Shown one piece after another: positions 46,707-56,750 of a stretch of DNA of 64,000 nucleotides (the first letter of the stretch is position 1; every line of letters begins with the position of its first letter). Made by a program: the position numbers and the translations under genes. Under the pieces are notes generated by a model that saw only the letters and a list, made by a program, of their open reading frames with translations, had not been told where the DNA came from and ran no database searches. The stretch is taken from NCBI GenBank assembly GCA_965116635.1, contig OZ220710.1, forward strand, positions 2,335,467 through 2,399,466, written 5' to 3'. This DNA comes from Thermodesulfobacteriota bacterium. Lineage in GTDB: Bacteria; Desulfobacterota; Binatia; UBA9968; JAJDTQ01.

Positions 46707-48959
46707 ATGACGAAACCGAAAATCGTTGGCACTTCCGTTCCGCGGGCCGAGGGGCCGGACAAGGTCACCGGGCGCAGCCGGTATGCCGCCGACATCCCGC
46801 GCGCAGGGCTTCTCTGGGGCAAGATCCTCCGAAGCCCGCATCCTCACGCCCGCATCCGCGGCATCGACGCAAGCCGGGCCAGAAAGGCGCCCGGGGTCCG
46901 GGCCGTGGTCACCGGCCGGGACGTGCCGAACCACTTCATGGGCAAGCAGATCCGGGACCTGCCGGTGCTGTGCTGGGACCGGGTGCGGTATGTCGGCGAC
47001 CGGGTGGCGGCGGTGGCGGCGGAAACCGCCGAGGCGGCGGAGGCCGCACTGGGCCTCATCGACATCGACTATGAGATCCTACCGGCGGTGTTCGATCCGG
47101 TAGCCGCCACCGAGCCCGAAGCGCCGCTGCTGCACGACGACGTCGCCGCCTACGATGGCGCGCCGCGCGAACGCCTGGCCACGGACGTGCGCAACGGACT
47201 CACCCGGCTGAGCTGGAGCAAGGGGGACGTGGAGCGGGGATTCCGCGAGGCGGATGTGGTGCTGGAGCACACCTTTCGAATACCCGCGCGCCATCAGGGC
47301 TACCTGGAGCCCCATGCCGGGCTCCTGTCCATCGATCCGGACGGCCGCATCCAGGTCTGGGCATCAACCAAGGACCCCTTCCGCACCCGCCGGATGCTGG
47401 CCGACACCATCGGCGTCGAGCATGCCCGCGTTCGCGTCCATTCCGTGAACGTGGGCGGGGAGTTCGGCGGCAAGGGCGACGCCCGGGACCTGCCGGCGGC
47501 GTTTTTCCTGGCCCGCGAGTCGGGACGGCCGGTGAAGATCGTCATGACCTACGCCGAAGAACTGACCGCCAGCAACCCGGACGAGGCCACGGTGATAACC
47601 GTCCGCACCGGCGTGAAGCGCGACGGCCGCATCGTCGCGCGCCGTCTCAAGGCATGGCACGCGGGCGGCGCCTACGGCGGCCTCAAGGCCAGCGCCTCCT
47701 TCGCCACCTGGCACTACGCCGGCGGCCTCTACCGGGTTGAAAACGCCTCGTTCGAGTTCCTGCAGATCTACACCAACACCACTCCCGGGGGTTATTACCG
47801 GAGCCCCGGCTCCATCCCCACCTTCTTCGCGCTGGAGTCGCACACCGACATCATCGCCCGGGAACTGGGCATGGATCCCGGCGAATTCCGGCTGCGGAAC
47901 GTGCTGCGCGACAACGAGGAGGACGCCATCGGCAAGCGCCTCCCCGGACTGCAGGTCCACTCGGTGCTGGCGCGGGCACTGGAGGCAGCGGACTGGCACG
48001 CGCCCCGGCCCGGCCGCGGGGTGGCCATCTACGGGCGGCACATCTCCGGCGGCGAGACCGGCATCGCCGTAACCGCCGAGGCCGACGGGAGCCTCACCGT
48101 ACTCAGCCCCACGGTGGACCAGGGAACCGGTACCCACACGATCCTGCGCCAACTCGTGGCCGAGCAGATGCAGTTGGCGCTGGAACAGGTGCGAGCGGTG
48201 ACGGGCGACACCGACACGGTCCCGTACGACACCGGCGCCCGTGCCAGCCGGGTGACCTACGTCGCCGGTCTTGCCGTGGAGCGCGCCTGCAATGAACTGC
48301 GCGACAAGCTCGCGGCCCACGCCGCGCGCATGCTGGAGTGCGACCCCGTGGACGTGGCCTACGCCGACGGCGCCTTTTCGCTGCGCACGGATCCACGACA
48401 GCGCCTCTCCCTGGCGCAGGTGGCGGCACGGCATCCGGACGACCGTACCGTGACCGTGGAAGAAGACTTCCGCTACCCGGACGAGACCACCTACGTGTGC
48501 GCCCAGGTGGCGGAAGTGGAGGTGGACCCCGAGACCGGCGCCACCCGCGTCGAGCGCATCATCACCGCCCACGACGTAGGCACGGTCATCAACCCCGTCA
48601 CCCACCAGGGCCAGATCGACGGCGGCGTCATCATGGGCCTGGGCCAGGCCGTGATGGAAGAGATCACGCTGGACAACGGCAAGGTGGCCAACGCCAACCT
48701 GGGCGACTACAAGCTCCCGGGCATCCGCGACATCCCGCGCCTGGAAACCGTGCTGGTGGACTCGGAGGGCGGGCTCGCGCCCCACGGCGCCAAGGCCATC
48801 GGCGAGTTCGCCAACAACAACCCCCCGGCGGCCATCGCCAACGCCGTGGCCGACGCGGTCGGCGTGCGCCTTTTCGAGATTCCGGTGACCGCGGAGAAAG
48901 TGTACAGTGGCCTGCGAGAACGGGACGGGGACCGTGGCGGGCACGAGTCGGACGGCTGA
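46707..48959 (+). CDS. xanthine dehydrogenase family molybdopterin-binding large subunit (third paralog, orphan)
   Basis: 750 aa. The N-terminus IVGTSVPRAEGPDKVTGRSRYAAD is XDH-family typical. Confidence 0.85.
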   Translation: MTKPKIVGTSVPRAEGPDKVTGRSRYAADIPRAGLLWGKILRSPHPHARIRGIDASRARKAPGVRAVVTGRDVPNHFMGKQIRDLPVLCWDRVRYVGDRVAAVAAETAEAAEAALGLIDIDYEILPAVFDPVAATEPEAPLLHDDVAAYDGAPRERLATDVRNGLTRLSWSKGDVERGFREADVVLEHTFRIPARHQGYLEPHAGLLSIDPDGRIQVWASTKDPFRTRRMLADTIGVEHARVRVHSVNVGGEFGGKGDARDLPAAFFLARESGRPVKIVMTYAEELTASNPDEATVITVRTGVKRDGRIVARRLKAWHAGGAYGGLKASASFATWHYAGGLYRVENASFEFLQIYTNTTPGGYYRSPGSIPTFFALESHTDIIARELGMDPGEFRLRNVLRDNEEDAIGKRLPGLQVHSVLARALEAADWHAPRPGRGVAIYGRHISGGETGIAVTAEADGSLTVLSPTVDQGTGTHTILRQLVAEQMQLALEQVRAVTGDTDTVPYDTGARASRVTYVAGLAVERACNELRDKLAAHAARMLECDPVDVAYADGAFSLRTDPRQRLSLAQVAARHPDDRTVTVEEDFRYPDETTYVCAQVAEVEVDPETGATRVERIITAHDVGTVINPVTHQGQIDGGVIMGLGQAVMEEITLDNGKVANANLGDYKLPGIRDIPRLETVLVDSEGGLAPHGAKAIGEFANNNPPAAIANAVADAVGVRLFEIPVTAEKVYSGLRERDGDRGGHESDG

Positions 48960-48998
48960 ACCGGTCGCGGCCCGTCCCGCAGCCAAGGGAGGATCGAC

Positions 48999-49745
48999 AT
49001 GCTGAAAGGAAAAGTGGTCGTGGTGACGGGCGGCGGCAAGGGCATCGGACGCCACGCCGCGCTGACATTCGCACGGGAGAAGGCCAAGGTCGTCATCATC
49101 GACGTGAGCCAGGAATGGCTGGACAAGACCGGCCCCGAGCTGGGAGAGCTGACCGACGCCCTCGGCATCAACGCGGACGTGCGCGACGAGAAGGCCGTCC
49201 GGCGGGCGTTCGAAGAGGTGGTGCACCGATTCGGGCAGATCGACGTGCTGGTGAACGATGCCGCCATCGTGCCGCACTTCGCCTGGGGCATCCCCCGCTG
49301 GCCGCTGATCCAGGACATGGACGTGGACTTCTGGGACCGGGTGATCCAGACCAACCTGGGCGGTACCTTCCTGTGCTCGAAACACGCCCTGGCGCACATG
49401 GCGCCGCGGCGCTCCGGCCACATCATCAATCTCTACGGCGGCGGCGGGATTTCGCCGGGCGGCGCCTGCGCCTACGTGGTCACCAAGGACGCCATCTGGA
49501 CCTTCAGCCGGTACCTGGCCGAAGAGGTGCGGGAGTCCAACATCTGCGTGGTGACCTTCTCCCCTCGGGTTCCCATCGTCACCGAGGGAGCGCCCGAGGA
49601 CGCCTTCACGCGGCTGCCGACCCCGGAGGTGCTGGGCCAGGGGTTCGTGCTCTCGGCGCAGGTGCCCATGGACGATTCGGGCAAATGTTTCTACTACGAG
49701 GACGGCAAGCTCGTCCCCTCCAGGGACGGGCGATACGACGTGTAG
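48999..49745 (+). CDS. SDR family oxidoreductase
   Basis: TGGGKGIG Rossmann motif. Confidence 0.8.
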   Translation: MLKGKVVVVTGGGKGIGRHAALTFAREKAKVVIIDVSQEWLDKTGPELGELTDALGINADVRDEKAVRRAFEEVVHRFGQIDVLVNDAAIVPHFAWGIPRWPLIQDMDVDFWDRVIQTNLGGTFLCSKHALAHMAPRRSGHIINLYGGGGISPGGACAYVVTKDAIWTFSRYLAEEVRESNICVVTFSPRVPIVTEGAPEDAFTRLPTPEVLGQGFVLSAQVPMDDSGKCFYYEDGKLVPSRDGRYDV

Positions 49746-49815
49746 AGGTGTTCGAGCTCGGGAGAGGTAAGTTCCAGCGGCACCGTGTTGCCGGGAATCC
49801 GGCCGGCGAGAGACT

Positions 49816-50667
49816 ATGAGAAAGTCCGAACAGAAGAAACGTGCCGAAACCTTCGCGGCGATGCACGAAGGCAATGAACTTCTCGTCCTGCCCAATGCGT
49901 GGGATGCCATCAGTGCGTGTGTCCTGGTGGAAGCAGGTTTCGCCGCCGTGGCGACCACCAGCGGCGGCTGCGCGTTCGCACTCGGATATCGCGACGGCGA
50001 AAACATCTCCTTGCGGGAGATGGCTGGCGCAGTGCGCCGTATCGCCAATGCCGTGCCCGTTCCGGTCTCGGCGGATATGGAAGCGGGCTACGGTCCCGCG
50101 CCGGAGAACGTAGCGGAAACGACCCGCCGGACCCTTGGAGCTGGCGCGGTCGGGATGAACATCGAGGACGGTGACAAGCGGAACCCGGGACATCTGATCG
50201 AGTTCGCGGTCGCCGTGGAACGCATCCGCGCGGCCCGCGCGGTCGCCGACTCGGCGGGCATTCCGATGGTCATCAATGCCCGCACCGACGGATTTCACCA
50301 TGGTGACGGCGAGGACGTGTTTTCCGAGACGGTCCGCCGCGCCAACGCCTACCTGCAGGCCGGCGCCCGTTGTGCGTTCGTGCCGTTCATCAGCGACGGC
50401 GCGTTGATCGGCCGGCTGGCCGCCGCCATCGACGGGCCGATGAACGTGCTGGCCGGCGCGAACACTCCGCCGGTTCCGAGGCTTCGCGATCTCGGCGTCA
50501 GGCGGGTGACCGTCGGCAGCAACCTTGCCAAGGCGACGATGTCGGTGGTGCGGCAGGCCGCCGATGAGTTGCGTGGACCGGGCACCTTCGAATTCGCCCG
50601 CGAGGTTTACACGCAAGCCGACCTGCACCGAATCCTGACCAGCCCGGGCGGCCACGGAAAGCACTGA
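49816..50667 (+). CDS. isocitrate lyase / PEP mutase superfamily protein (no KKCGH ICL signature)
   Basis: LVLPNAWDAISACVLVEAGFAAVATTSGG resembles the PEPM/ICL-family N-terminus. Confidence 0.7.
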   Translation: MRKSEQKKRAETFAAMHEGNELLVLPNAWDAISACVLVEAGFAAVATTSGGCAFALGYRDGENISLREMAGAVRRIANAVPVPVSADMEAGYGPAPENVAETTRRTLGAGAVGMNIEDGDKRNPGHLIEFAVAVERIRAARAVADSAGIPMVINARTDGFHHGDGEDVFSETVRRANAYLQAGARCAFVPFISDGALIGRLAAAIDGPMNVLAGANTPPVPRLRDLGVRRVTVGSNLAKATMSVVRQAADELRGPGTFEFAREVYTQADLHRILTSPGGHGKH

Positions 50668-50700
50668 AGGCAGGGGGCATCAGGAAGTTAGGGCGAACCG

Positions 50701-50770
50701 GAAGAGAGTCCCAAAACCGTTCGCCCTGAGCGTAGCGAGCCGCACGAGAGCGAAGTCGAAGGGCGCCATC
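50701..50770. repeat. Repeat family A, hairpin plus single arm
   Basis: gggcgaaccgg...ccgttcgccctgagcgtagcga..gcgaagtcgaagggcgcc. Confidence 0.8.
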
Positions 50771-50799
50771 TTGCTCGACGGCAATGGATCAGAGCTTCC

Positions 50800-51744
50800 C
50801 TAACCAATGGCCAGCGAGCCATCGGCGGGGCCGAGGGCGGCCACCATCTCGGAGTAGGAAGCGAGTCCGAAACGGCTCTCCATCGCCTCGCGCCAGATGC
50901 CGTCCAGAGCTGCCCGCACGTCCATCGGCAGCCTGTCCACGTGGTCGCCCACCCGGCCGCTCCTCAACTTGGACGATGCGCCTCCGGGCGGCAGGCCGTT
51001 GGCGGCATTGCGCGCGGCGCGCAACACGTGATCGTCGAACCGGGTTCCGTGCGCCTTCATGAATCCAATGGAGGATTGGCGGACCACGATCTCCAACAGC
51101 TCATCGTCAAGTGGACAGCCAATGAACCCGGCGATGCGCCGCACCGTTCCGGGCACGTCCGCCAGGGCCGACTCGTAGCTCAGCATCAACACGTCCTCGC
51201 GGCCGCGTTGCGGCCACCACGAGGCCACGTGTTTCCAGTAGCCACGGTCCCGCTCCGGCGCCAGAAAGAAATTCCGGGAATAGTCCGCCAGGGTGATGGC
51301 CCCGGCCTCGAAACGCCACCCCTCGTGGAAGTGGTACAGGGACACCAGCACGTCCCCGGGGTCCCGGACCATGGTGATGTAACGGCCTCCCTTGGGAACA
51401 TCGTACCAGCTCAGGTGGCTCTTGAAGGCCCGCGGCTCCGCAACCTGAGGAGCACCGGGGTCGATGCCGAGGTCCAGCGCCAGCTCGAGCCACGGCACCA
51501 CCAGGGTGATCTCCTCGAAGTCCATGGAGCCCCGGGTCCTGAGCCCGTGGACGATCTGTTGCAACCAGGTGGTGCCGCACTTGGGGAAGGTGGCGATGAG
51601 AACGTCGGTGGGTTCCGGGCGGAACGCCAGCGCCGCGGTCCGGCTGGCCGTGCTGCCGATGCCGCCCCGGAAGGAGGCCATCTCGGCCACCGACCGGGCA
51701 CGCTTGAGAACGGGCGGCACCCGGTTCGGGTCGTGGTTCACCAT
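50800..51744 (-). CDS. sulfotransferase family protein (PAPS-dependent, Sulfotransfer_1-like)
   Basis: 5'-PSB motif TFPKCGTTW and 3'-PB motif RDPGDVLVSLYHF. Confidence 0.85.
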   Translation of the reverse strand: MVNHDPNRVPPVLKRARSVAEMASFRGGIGSTASRTAALAFRPEPTDVLIATFPKCGTTWLQQIVHGLRTRGSMDFEEITLVVPWLELALDLGIDPGAPQVAEPRAFKSHLSWYDVPKGGRYITMVRDPGDVLVSLYHFHEGWRFEAGAITLADYSRNFFLAPERDRGYWKHVASWWPQRGREDVLMLSYESALADVPGTVRRIAGFIGCPLDDELLEIVVRQSSIGFMKAHGTRFDDHVLRAARNAANGLPPGGASSKLRSGRVGDHVDRLPMDVRAALDGIWREAMESRFGLASYSEMVAALGPADGSLAIG

Positions 51745-51775
51745 GCGCTGAACGGCGTCGCCGCCATCGGCCGCG

Positions 51776-53203
51776 TCACCACTCCTTGTTGATGAACGCC
51801 AGCATCCGCTCGGCGCCTTCTCGCTCCTGGAACTGCGCGTAGGCGCGCCGCCGCTGGTTGTCCGGGTCGCCGCTCTGAAGCCGCTCGTAGAGTTGCCCGC
51901 GCTTGCCGAAGGGCGTCATGACCAGATCCGCCGCCACCGCCAGCAGCCTCAGGTGCTCCCGGGTGCTGGGGGCGCAGCCGCGAAAGTAGCGGTCCACCAG
52001 CGGCCCCAGCTCCCCGCTGGCCAAGTCCGAACCACCGCCGGTGAGCACCAGCGAGCTGGTCAGCAGGCTCTCCATGTTGCCCTCGGCCCGGTCCGACGCC
52101 TCGATGCTGTGCACCCGGTAGGCCGGGGTGAGGCGCGGCGCCCAGAAGCCCCCGTTTGTCCGGTACGCCCGGGCCTCTCCCATCTCCACGCAGTCCCGCA
52201 GGATCTCCAGGTCCTGCACGAACGCGGCCAGCCGGAGTTGCGAGTTGGGGTTCTTCTGCCGGCCGGACCATTCCGTCAGGAGCTGGGCCACCGCAAGGAA
52301 CGTCTCGATCTTGATGATGAGGCGGACCAGGGTGGCATAGGCGGCCCAAGTCTGGATGCTCCGGTGAAAGCCGGCCACGAGTTCGGGCTTACGGTAGGCG
52401 AAGACCCGGTTCCACGGCACCAGAACATCGTCGAAGATGAGCGTGGCGTCCACCTCGTCGAAGCGCGCGGTGAGCGGAAAGCGCTCCGGGTCGGCGTGCT
52501 CGGCGTACAGGTCCCGGCAGATGATCTTCAGTCCGGGGGCGTTCATGGGGATGGCGAAGGCCAGGGCGTAGTCCGGCTCGTCCGGGTCCCGCGGCCGGTT
52601 GGGATACACCAGGGCCTCGTCGGACAGGGGCGCCAGGGTCGCGAGGTTCCGGAGGCCGCGGACCACCGGCCCCTCCGAGGTCTCCCGGACCACGTGGAGG
52701 ACCAGGTCCGGATCGGGCTGCTCGCTCACCCGCTTCGAGTGGTCGTAGAACTGATCCTGCAAGGCATGGGTCAGGCACAGGTCGCCGGCGATGCAGTGAC
52801 GGTAGTACTCCCGGGCGTTCTCGCCCCAGCGCGGGTCGTGGGACGCCAACGTGTCGGCGATGTCCAGCAGGCCCACCACCAACTCCGCGCAGAACTCCGG
52901 GTACCGTCCCATCTGGCCGAAGGTCTCCCGGGACCACAGCTCGATGTTGCCGCGCTTGGCCAGGAGCTCTTCCGCGTTCACCGGCGGCAGGTAGCTGTAG
53001 GAGATGCGGCCGCCGTCCCGCGCGACGCTCATGGTGTCGCCGTCCTCCGCCGAGGCCTGCCGGTCGTACAGGTCCGCCAGGGTCTTGATGCTGCCGGTGA
53101 AGCCCGGGTGCGTGGTCACGTCCTCGATGCGCTTCCCCGCGTGCCACACCTCGCGGCCGTCGCGCAGCGACTCGATGTAGTTCTTGCCGGATCGAATGGC
53201 CAT
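51776..53203 (-). CDS. 4-hydroxyphenylacetate 3-monooxygenase oxygenase-component family (HpaB-like flavin-dependent monooxygenase / 4-hydroxybutyryl-CoA dehydratase family)
   Basis: 475 aa. N-terminus IRSGKNYIESLRDGREVW and overall HpaB-like layout. Confidence 0.75.
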   Translation of the reverse strand: MAIRSGKNYIESLRDGREVWHAGKRIEDVTTHPGFTGSIKTLADLYDRQASAEDGDTMSVARDGGRISYSYLPPVNAEELLAKRGNIELWSRETFGQMGRYPEFCAELVVGLLDIADTLASHDPRWGENAREYYRHCIAGDLCLTHALQDQFYDHSKRVSEQPDPDLVLHVVRETSEGPVVRGLRNLATLAPLSDEALVYPNRPRDPDEPDYALAFAIPMNAPGLKIICRDLYAEHADPERFPLTARFDEVDATLIFDDVLVPWNRVFAYRKPELVAGFHRSIQTWAAYATLVRLIIKIETFLAVAQLLTEWSGRQKNPNSQLRLAAFVQDLEILRDCVEMGEARAYRTNGGFWAPRLTPAYRVHSIEASDRAEGNMESLLTSSLVLTGGGSDLASGELGPLVDRYFRGCAPSTREHLRLLAVAADLVMTPFGKRGQLYERLQSGDPDNQRRRAYAQFQEREGAERMLAFINKEW

Positions 53204-53334
53204 TCCCCTGACCTCCTGCCGGGGCCCCGCCCGGAACGCCTCGGGCCCGCGAATCCTTCCAATCGTTTTCGTGCCGAACGAGAAGCCGCTAAGAAGAATG
53301 GGACGAGTTCACTCCCGTCCCCAGTGCCCGAACC

Positions 53335-54810
53335 ATGACACCCTGGCTCAGAGACTTCATCGACAACCGCATCTTCGGCCCCAACCACCGCTGGTGGGCT
53401 CTGTGGGTGGTCGTGATCTCCGTTTTCATCGCCACCACGGATGTCGGCATGCTTACCATAAGCCTGCCGGTCATCATAACCGAGTTCCGCACCGATATCA
53501 CTTTCGCCGGCTGGATCGTCTTCGTCTACGCGCTGGTCACGGGAGCCCTCTACCTGCCCTGCGGCAGGCTGTCCGATCTGCTCGGGCGCAAGCTCACCTT
53601 CTCCGCGGGCTTCCTGGTCTACGGCGTGGCCTCGCTGGTGGCCGGACTGTCCCAGGGGCCCGCGCAACTGATGGCCTGCCGCGTGGGACAGGCGGTGGGC
53701 GCCGCCCTGATGATGACCAACACCTTCGCCCTGACCGGCTCCCTGTTCACCGGCCCCGACCGCGGCCGCGCCATGGGCCTGTCCGGCGGCCTGGTTTCCG
53801 CCATCGGCTTCACCCTGGGCCCCGTGGTCGGCGGGTTCATCACCTTCACCCTGGGGTGGCGCTACATCTTCTTCATTTCCGGCACCCTGTCGTTCATCGG
53901 CCTCGCCGCCGCCCGCTTTCTGCTGCTGGACGACCGGGGGTCCGGTGCGCAAGCGAAGCGGGAACCCTTCGACTTCGCCGGCGCCGGACTATTCGCGGTG
54001 GCGTTGACGTTCCTGCTGCTGGGCATCACGCGGGGAGGCCTGGGCTACTGGGGTTTCGTGTTGAGCGCGCTCTTCGCGGCCCTGTTCATCTGGCGGGAAG
54101 CAACCTTCCCCTACCCCATCCTCGATCTCGGCTTGCTCCGGATCGTGCCCTTCGCCGTCGGCAACCTCGCGCGCCTTTCCACCTTCGTGGCCCTGAGCAC
54201 CAACGAGTTGATGATGCCGTTCCTGCTCCAGCTCGTGCTGCGCATGGACCCGCTGGAGGCGGGCAGCCTGATGACCGCCACGGCGCTGGTACTCATGGTG
54301 GTGTCGCCTTCGGCCGGCTGGCTCACCGACCGCGTCGGCTCCACCCCGCCCGCGGCCGCGGGCGCCGCCGTCATAGCCGTGGCCATGTACGCCATGAGCC
54401 ACCTGGGTCCGGATTCCGGCCCGGCCGAGATCGTGCCGCGGCTGGCCCTCCTCGGCGTCGGCCTCGGCCTCTTCCAGACCCCCAACAACCACGGCCTCAT
54501 CGGCTCCGTCCCGCACGAACGGCTGGGAATCGCCTCGTCCGTCATTTCCATCATCCGCAGCGTCGGCCGCTCCCTCGGCACCGCCATCGCCACCGCCTTC
54601 GTCGGCATGCGGCTGGCGGCTGTTACCAACGACTCCGGGCCCCAGGACTTCGCCGCGTTGAACGTGGCGGACAACCCCCTGCTGCTGGGAGCGTTCATGG
54701 AGGGCTACGGCTACGCCTACGTCACGGCGGCGTGCCTCGGGCTGAGCGCGCTGGCGTTCACGCTGATCGCGGCGGCGGGGAGGAGCCGTGGGGGCGGCGG
54801 CGGGAGATGA
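53335..54810 (+). CDS. MFS transporter (DHA2-like, ~14 TM)
   Basis: 491 aa with GRLSDLLGRK-type motif A between TM2 and TM3. Confidence 0.85.
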   Translation: MTPWLRDFIDNRIFGPNHRWWALWVVVISVFIATTDVGMLTISLPVIITEFRTDITFAGWIVFVYALVTGALYLPCGRLSDLLGRKLTFSAGFLVYGVASLVAGLSQGPAQLMACRVGQAVGAALMMTNTFALTGSLFTGPDRGRAMGLSGGLVSAIGFTLGPVVGGFITFTLGWRYIFFISGTLSFIGLAAARFLLLDDRGSGAQAKREPFDFAGAGLFAVALTFLLLGITRGGLGYWGFVLSALFAALFIWREATFPYPILDLGLLRIVPFAVGNLARLSTFVALSTNELMMPFLLQLVLRMDPLEAGSLMTATALVLMVVSPSAGWLTDRVGSTPPAAAGAAVIAVAMYAMSHLGPDSGPAEIVPRLALLGVGLGLFQTPNNHGLIGSVPHERLGIASSVISIIRSVGRSLGTAIATAFVGMRLAAVTNDSGPQDFAALNVADNPLLLGAFMEGYGYAYVTAACLGLSALAFTLIAAAGRSRGGGGGR

Positions 54811-54822
54811 TCGGATATCGCG

Positions 54823-55227
54823 ATGCGCATCGACACGCTCGAAATAGACAACGCACTGCTGCGAAAGCAGTACCTCGAACAACACAAGACCCTCACCAGC
54901 GGGCAGATAAGAGAAGCATCCGGACTGAAAACCCGAAACCCCTCCGAACCCGCATCGCGCTGGAAGAGGCAAGGCAAGATCTTCGGCGTCCCTGTCGGAA
55001 GGGCCGATCACTATCCGGCGTTCCAGTTCAGGGACGGACGACCACGGCCCGAGATCGCCAGAGTTCTCGCCGCGCTCCCCGGATCCATGTCACCCTGGCA
55101 GATCGCCTTCTGGTTCACCTCCAAGAACGGGTGGATCGAAAACGACGCGGCGCCCCAGGACGCTTTGCATGATATCGGCGGCGTGCTCGCGGCCGCGGCC
55201 GATCTTGCATCCGACGACCTTGGTTGA
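54823..55227 (+). CDS. Xre/MbcA/ParS-type antitoxin (DUF2384-like) of a RES toxin-antitoxin pair
   Basis: 134 aa, immediately upstream (3-bp gap) of a RES-domain gene. The C-terminal SPWQIAFWFTSKNGWIENDAAPQDAL resembles the DUF2384 toxin-binding region. Confidence 0.6.
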   Translation: MRIDTLEIDNALLRKQYLEQHKTLTSGQIREASGLKTRNPSEPASRWKRQGKIFGVPVGRADHYPAFQFRDGRPRPEIARVLAALPGSMSPWQIAFWFTSKNGWIENDAAPQDALHDIGGVLAAAADLASDDLG

Positions 55228-55230
55228 TTC

Positions 55231-55833
55231 GTGGAGTTCTCCATTCCGGATCCTCCACGTCGGCTCTCGCCCATCCCTCCGCTCGAGGGGCTGCCAGCAG
55301 GCTCATGGTTGCACCGTATACATTGGGTTGCCTGGCGCAGCGCTCAGTTCAACACCGGTGACCGCGTGTCCCGCTTTGCACCCATCGTTGACTCGGAGGG
55401 CCGCCGTGTACCCGTGCTGTATGCCGGCCACACATTTGACGTCGCAGCCTACGAATCGCTGTTTCACGCCATCGGCCCGGGCCAGGAAATGTTGACCTGG
55501 CCGGCAAGCGGGCTCACCGGGCTCGCCCATTCAATCCTGGAAACCCGACGCGACCTTGACGTAGTTCCTCTGTTCCGACGGAACCTCATCGGATGGAATG
55601 TATCCGACCTTGAAATCATCAAGGCGCCAGCCAGATACTATCACCAGACCGCGCGATGGGCAGAGGCCGTCCACCGCTCCATCGCCGAAGCTGCCGGCAT
55701 GGTCTGGATCTCGAATCGCGAGGGTAGCGACCTCTCCGGCCCGGTGGTCGAGGCCGTACGGCAGGATGAGTTCTCACCCCTTGCCGACGTGCCGTCGAAT
55801 CAAATAGTGTTGGCGGCGCGACTGTGGATGTAG
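55231..55833 (+). CDS. RES domain toxin
   Basis: GTG start. Candidate R-E-S residues in SRFAP, VLYAGHTFDVAAYESLFH and VWISNRE, arranged as in RES toxins. Lies downstream of the antitoxin. Confidence 0.65.
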   Translation: MEFSIPDPPRRLSPIPPLEGLPAGSWLHRIHWVAWRSAQFNTGDRVSRFAPIVDSEGRRVPVLYAGHTFDVAAYESLFHAIGPGQEMLTWPASGLTGLAHSILETRRDLDVVPLFRRNLIGWNVSDLEIIKAPARYYHQTARWAEAVHRSIAEAAGMVWISNREGSDLSGPVVEAVRQDEFSPLADVPSNQIVLAARLWM

Positions 55834-56732
55834 TCACCAAAGCGCTGGAATGTCTCATCGACCGTATGGATTCCCTGGTCGAAAAGGCCATACCCGAAGA
55901 AGCTTGCGGTAGCGACGCGCACTTCGGCATTAGGACACTCCGGTAGAGTGTCGAGTACGTCGCGTAGTATCAAGCTGTCTGGATCGTGATTTGCCAACAC
56001 AAGCAATACGACTGGCGGTGCGTCGCTGAAACTGTCCAAGTCTTTGCCGCAGTCGATTAGGCCCAACTCCCGCTTCTGGTTAAAGACTTCCACCATATCT
56101 TCCTTGAGGTCCTTCACATTCCCGGGACGGCCAAGGAAGTTCTTCACGTCAGCGATGTGTGCGTGCAACCCGGCCTTGTCCTTCAACGCCGTGTCGCCGT
56201 ACTTCATTTCCATGATGACGAGCCGCCGATTGGCTGCTTGCTTGCGTACTTGCGTTCTCGATGGCCAGTGCACAGCGATGGCGTCGAACCTCGGCGTCGA
56301 AGACGCCCGCTGATACTCGATATCGCAAATGTAGTAGTCTGTTTTCCGGGCGGCCCGCCCGAAGTTGTTTTCCCGCAGAAGTACTTGTTGAACCTCGCGT
56401 TCATCGTTCCGTTTCTTGCCGAAGAACCGGTCAATCGCCTGTTTCAACGTGGCGGAAAACTCGATCCACTCGTCGACATCCATTCTTCGAAGAACCTGGG
56501 GCTCAGGGAATTGGGCCGAGTCTTTTTTCATAAAGTAGTTTTTGTCGAAGCGGATATCGTATCCATGAGAGAGTTGCCGGACCACCATCAGGTTACCGCC
56601 TCGGTAGTAGACATTGATGTAGCTCCCTCTCAACTCGAGACAAAGGCTCGGGTCCGCAATCACCTCACGCCTCAACCGCGCCAGAACTCCATCCTTCAAA
56701 TCGTTTCGAAACCTGTCGTTAATGGCACGCAT
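55800..56732 (-). CDS. uncharacterised protein with putative PD-(D/E)xK nuclease-like core (FDAIAV ... IMEMKYG)
   Basis: 310 aa, low GC, no family recognised. The D...E-x-K spacing is consistent with a restriction-endonuclease-like fold. Translationally coupled to the upstream MBL gene (18-nt gap, GGAGG). Confidence 0.45.
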   Translation of the reverse strand: MRAINDRFRNDLKDGVLARLRREVIADPSLCLELRGSYINVYYRGGNLMVVRQLSHGYDIRFDKNYFMKKDSAQFPEPQVLRRMDVDEWIEFSATLKQAIDRFFGKKRNDEREVQQVLLRENNFGRAARKTDYYICDIEYQRASSTPRFDAIAVHWPSRTQVRKQAANRRLVIMEMKYGDTALKDKAGLHAHIADVKNFLGRPGNVKDLKEDMVEVFNQKRELGLIDCGKDLDSFSDAPPVVLLVLANHDPDSLILRDVLDTLPECPNAEVRVATASFFGYGLFDQGIHTVDETFQRFGDYIHSRAANTI

Positions 56733-56750
56733 ATCCCTTGTTCCTCCGTT

